NCBI GenBank assembly: GCA_963746845.1
Contig: CAVVCZ010000005.1
Coordinates: 192,001 to 256,000, forward strand
Length of the DNA stretch: 64,000 nt
Origin: an uncultured Chloroflexia bacterium
GTDB taxonomy: Bacteria; Chloroflexota; Limnocylindria; Limnocylindrales; CSP1-4
Direction: 5' to 3'
The number at the start of each line of letters is the position of its first letter. Position 1 is the first letter of the stretch. The notes beneath the pieces are model-generated. The model saw only the letters and a list, made by a program, of their open reading frames with translations, did not search any database and had not been told where the DNA came from. A program made the translations under genes and the position numbers. Positions 61,048-64,000 of this stretch are shown here, piece after piece.

Positions 61048-61992
61048 TCACGTGTACCGGATCCGCGGGTCGACGACACCCGCCAGGATGTCGACGAGCA
61101 GGTTGGCCAGCACGATGCACAGCGTCGCGAACAGGACCGTGCCCATGATCAGCGGCACGTCGGCCGTCCGGATCGCGTCCACCGCGAGCTTGCCGACACC
61201 GGGCCAGCCGAAGATCTGCTCGACGACGACGATGCCACCCAGGAAGAACCCGAGATCGAGCCCGATCTGCGTGAGAATCGGGCCGGCCGAGTTGCGGAAG
61301 GCGTGGCCCCAGTGCACGCGGCGCTCCGCGAGACCCTTGGCGCGGGCCGTCCGGACGTAGTCGCGGTGCAGCTCTTCGATCATCGTGACCCGGGTCAGGC
61401 GGGTGTAGTAGGCGGCGCCCGCGAACCCGAGGGTCAGGGCAGGCAGGATCAGGTAGCGCAGGTCGAGCGGCTTGTAGCCGCCGATCGGGAAGATGTCGAC
61501 GCCGAGGGCCTGGTGGGGCACGTACCCGAAGTAGTGGATGAGCAGCAGGCCCACCCAGAACGACGGCGCCGAGATCAGGATGATCGAGATGATCGTGGCG
61601 CCCCGGTCGTACATGCTGCCGCGGTGGGTCGCCGCGAGGAGGCCGAGGGGCAGGCCGATCACCAGCTCGACGAAGAGCCCGGCGATCGCGAGCTGGAGCG
61701 TCGCGGGGAACCGCGACAGGATCAGGGGGAGGACGTCCTGGTTCTGGCTGAACGAGTGCCCGAAGTCGCCGTGGAGCGCCCGGCCGACGTACGCGGCGAG
61801 CTGGACGGGGAGCGGCTGGTCCAGGCCGAGCTGATGGGCGATCCGGGCCACGGCATCGGGTGATGCGCGTGGCCCGGCGATGACCCGGGCGGGATCCGCG
61901 GGCAGGATGTACACGAGGATGAACGTGACCATCCCGATCGCGAGCAGGACGGTCAGGCCCCAGATCAGCCGCCGGACGATGTAGCCGAGCAC
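61048..61992 (-). CDS. Peptide/nickel ABC transporter permease (DppB-like)
   Basis: DYVRTARAKGL EAA loop; EQIFGWPGVG. Confidence 0.93.
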   Translation of the reverse strand: MLGYIVRRLIWGLTVLLAIGMVTFILVYILPADPARVIAGPRASPDAVARIAHQLGLDQPLPVQLAAYVGRALHGDFGHSFSQNQDVLPLILSRFPATLQLAIAGLFVELVIGLPLGLLAATHRGSMYDRGATIISIILISAPSFWVGLLLIHYFGYVPHQALGVDIFPIGGYKPLDLRYLILPALTLGFAGAAYYTRLTRVTMIEELHRDYVRTARAKGLAERRVHWGHAFRNSAGPILTQIGLDLGFFLGGIVVVEQIFGWPGVGKLAVDAIRTADVPLIMGTVLFATLCIVLANLLVDILAGVVDPRIRYT

Positions 61993-62083
61993 GTCAGCGC
62001 GTCATGCCGACCGGCGCCCGGGATGAGGAGCGGATGTCGTGGACGGGGCCCCGCGACGAGACCCCGTCCACGTGCCGGATCGA

Positions 62084-63811
62084 TCACGAACCCGGCTTCA
62101 CCGACACGTTGCGAAGGTCGTACAGCCAGACCGGGTGGATGTTGAAGCTGGCCACGCGCGAGCTGACGAGCGTGAACCAGACCTGGTGGCGAAGCGGCAC
62201 CCACGGGGCCTCCGCCATGATCTTGCTCTGGATGTCCCCGTACTGGGTGAGACGCCCCGTCAGGTCGGTGCTTGCGCGGGCCGCCGCGGCCTCGGTGTCG
62301 ACTGCCTTGTTGCAGTACAGCGACGCGTTCGCCCCGCCCTGGACCGCCGACTGGCAGGACAGGAGCGGATCGATGAAGTCGGACGGGTCCGGGTAGTCCT
62401 GGAACCAGCCGACGTAGCCCATCGGGGCCTTGTGCGGCGTCTCGATCCGATCGAGGAACGTCGCGAACTCCTCCGTGACGATGTTGACCTTCACGCCGAC
62501 CGCGGCGAGGTCCTGCTGGAGCGCCTGGGCGATCTGTGGATCCGGGTCGGTCGTGTCCGTGTACAGGGTCGACTCGAAGCCGGTCGGATAGCCCGCGTCG
62601 CTCAGCATCTGCTTGGCCTTGGCCTGGTCGAAGCTGTACGGCTTGCAGTTCGGGTCGTAGCCGGGCATGTCCGGCGGCAGGATGCACTCGGCCCGGACGC
62701 CCGCACCGTGGACGAGCTTCAGGATGTTGTCCTTGTCGATCGCGTAGTTGAGGGCCTGACGCACGGCCACCTTGGACAGCGGGCCGTTGTTCGGCTGCTG
62801 GGTGTCCATGAACAGGTAGTCGGTGTCGACGAGCGTGTGCTGGTAGAGCCGGTCCTTCAGCGACGGATCCGTCGTGACCTGGGTGAACGAGCCGGACGGG
62901 AGGGCATCGCCCATCATGTCGAGCTGGTCGGCCTGGATCTGCTGGATCATCGCGTTGTCGTCGAGGCCGACCTTGAAGTCGATCTCGTCGAGGAACGGTT
63001 GGCCGGCCTGCCAGTACGACTTGTTCGCGACGAACGTCGCCTGGGTGCCCTTCGTGTAGTCCTTCAGGACATACGGCCCGGTTCCGATCGGCTTCGCCGC
63101 GACGAGAGACGCGTCATGCGGCGTGTCCTTCGGCAGGACCGACGCGAACGGCGTCGCGAGGATGTTCTCGAATGTCGCATCGGCGTTGACGAGATCGAAC
63201 TCGACGGTCGACGCGTCGATCTTCTTGATCCCCGACGCGGTCTGGGCCTTGCCGCCGATCACGTCCTGCGCCCCGACGATGTTGCCGAAGAACGCGCCGG
63301 ACACCGGCGACGCCGAGGGCTTGAGGTTCGGGTCGAGGACGCGGTTGATCGAGGCGACGACGTCGTCCGCGGTCATGTCGCCCGCGGCCGAGCCGTCCGG
63401 GTTGACGAACTTCACGCCGGTCCGGAGCTTCACGGTGTAGACCTTGCCGTCCGCGGACACGCTCGGCATCCCGTCCGCGAGGAGCGGGACGAGCTTCGTC
63501 GTCGTGCTCTCGTAGCCGAGCAGCGGCTCGAAGATCAGGCGCTCCGCCGGCCACGAGACGACGTCGTACGCCTTCGCCGGGTCGAAGTACTGGATGTCGC
63601 TGTTCCAGCCGATCGAGAGGATGCCGCCCTGGGTCGGGGCCGAGCTTGGCGGCGCCTCGCTGGGGGGAGCCGCGCTCGGCCCGTTCCCGGTTGCCGGGGC
63701 CGATGCCGCGGTAGACGGGCTCGGGCTCGCAGCCGGCGAACAGGCCCCGATCACGAGACCGACGGTGACGGAAACCGCCAACCATCGTCCCGAACGTGTG
63801 GGTGACGCCAT
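62084..63811 (-). CDS. Peptide ABC transporter substrate-binding lipoprotein (family 5)
   Basis: Lipobox IGAC, PIGTGPY and VRQALNYAID motifs. Confidence 0.93.
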   Translation of the reverse strand: MASPTRSGRWLAVSVTVGLVIGACSPAASPSPSTAASAPATGNGPSAAPPSEAPPSSAPTQGGILSIGWNSDIQYFDPAKAYDVVSWPAERLIFEPLLGYESTTTKLVPLLADGMPSVSADGKVYTVKLRTGVKFVNPDGSAAGDMTADDVVASINRVLDPNLKPSASPVSGAFFGNIVGAQDVIGGKAQTASGIKKIDASTVEFDLVNADATFENILATPFASVLPKDTPHDASLVAAKPIGTGPYVLKDYTKGTQATFVANKSYWQAGQPFLDEIDFKVGLDDNAMIQQIQADQLDMMGDALPSGSFTQVTTDPSLKDRLYQHTLVDTDYLFMDTQQPNNGPLSKVAVRQALNYAIDKDNILKLVHGAGVRAECILPPDMPGYDPNCKPYSFDQAKAKQMLSDAGYPTGFESTLYTDTTDPDPQIAQALQQDLAAVGVKVNIVTEEFATFLDRIETPHKAPMGYVGWFQDYPDPSDFIDPLLSCQSAVQGGANASLYCNKAVDTEAAAARASTDLTGRLTQYGDIQSKIMAEAPWVPLRHQVWFTLVSSRVASFNIHPVWLYDLRNVSVKPGS

Positions 63812-63855
63812 GACGAAACTCCTCCACCTACGACCCGCCGGACATCGGCGGGTTG

Positions 63856-64000
63856 TCAGCGCCAGTGATGGGGATCGAGGGCGTCCGCGAGGGCGTCCCC
63901 GAGCAGGTTGAACGCCAGGATCGTGATCATGATCGCGAGCCCCGGCAGGATGACGAGACGCGGGTCGCTGTCGTAGTAGCCCAGGTGCTGGGCGATCATC
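63856..64000 (-). CDS. Peptide ABC transporter permease (DppC-like), 3' end only
   Basis: Hand-translated ...[30 protein letters not shown]. Confidence 0.88.
   Translation of the reverse strand, partial: MIAQHLGYYDSDPRLVILPGLAIMITILAFNLLGDALADALDPHHWR

Overview
Very GC-rich bacterial chromosome segment. Gene style and many apparently leaderless genes suggest Chloroflexota/Limnocylindria or a similar lineage (inference only). Layout: (1) 1-14.8 kb, a Wzx/Wzy-type surface-polysaccharide locus with recent duplications, gene remnants and several 1-nt frameshifts; (2) 14.9-23.5 kb, acyl-CoA catabolism, ALDH, PPK2 and a DUF853 ATPase; (3) 23.7-27.2 kb, two more members of a four-paralog family of secreted beta-helix-like proteins, one behind an A20-variant GEMM-I riboswitch (possible 3',3'-cGAMP sensor); (4) 27.5-46.4 kb, pheA and the ilv/leu/cimA genes with a Leu-rich attenuator. 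The ilv/leu cluster is split by the most striking element: a co-oriented cassette DUF5317 - membrane GGDEF-EAL - DUF5317 - c-di-GMP-I riboswitch - two paralogous ~30-aa peptides ending AG-x-RW, which the ORF track misses or mis-starts. It is a candidate peptide-signalling system wired to c-di-GMP; (5) 46.5-64 kb, housekeeping genes (MarP, DUF885, ilvD, M20 peptidase, MarR, fabD, two fabF, DUF1028, peptide ABC transporter). No rRNA, tRNA, CRISPR array or transposase was recognised. Family names come from motif recognition, not database searches.
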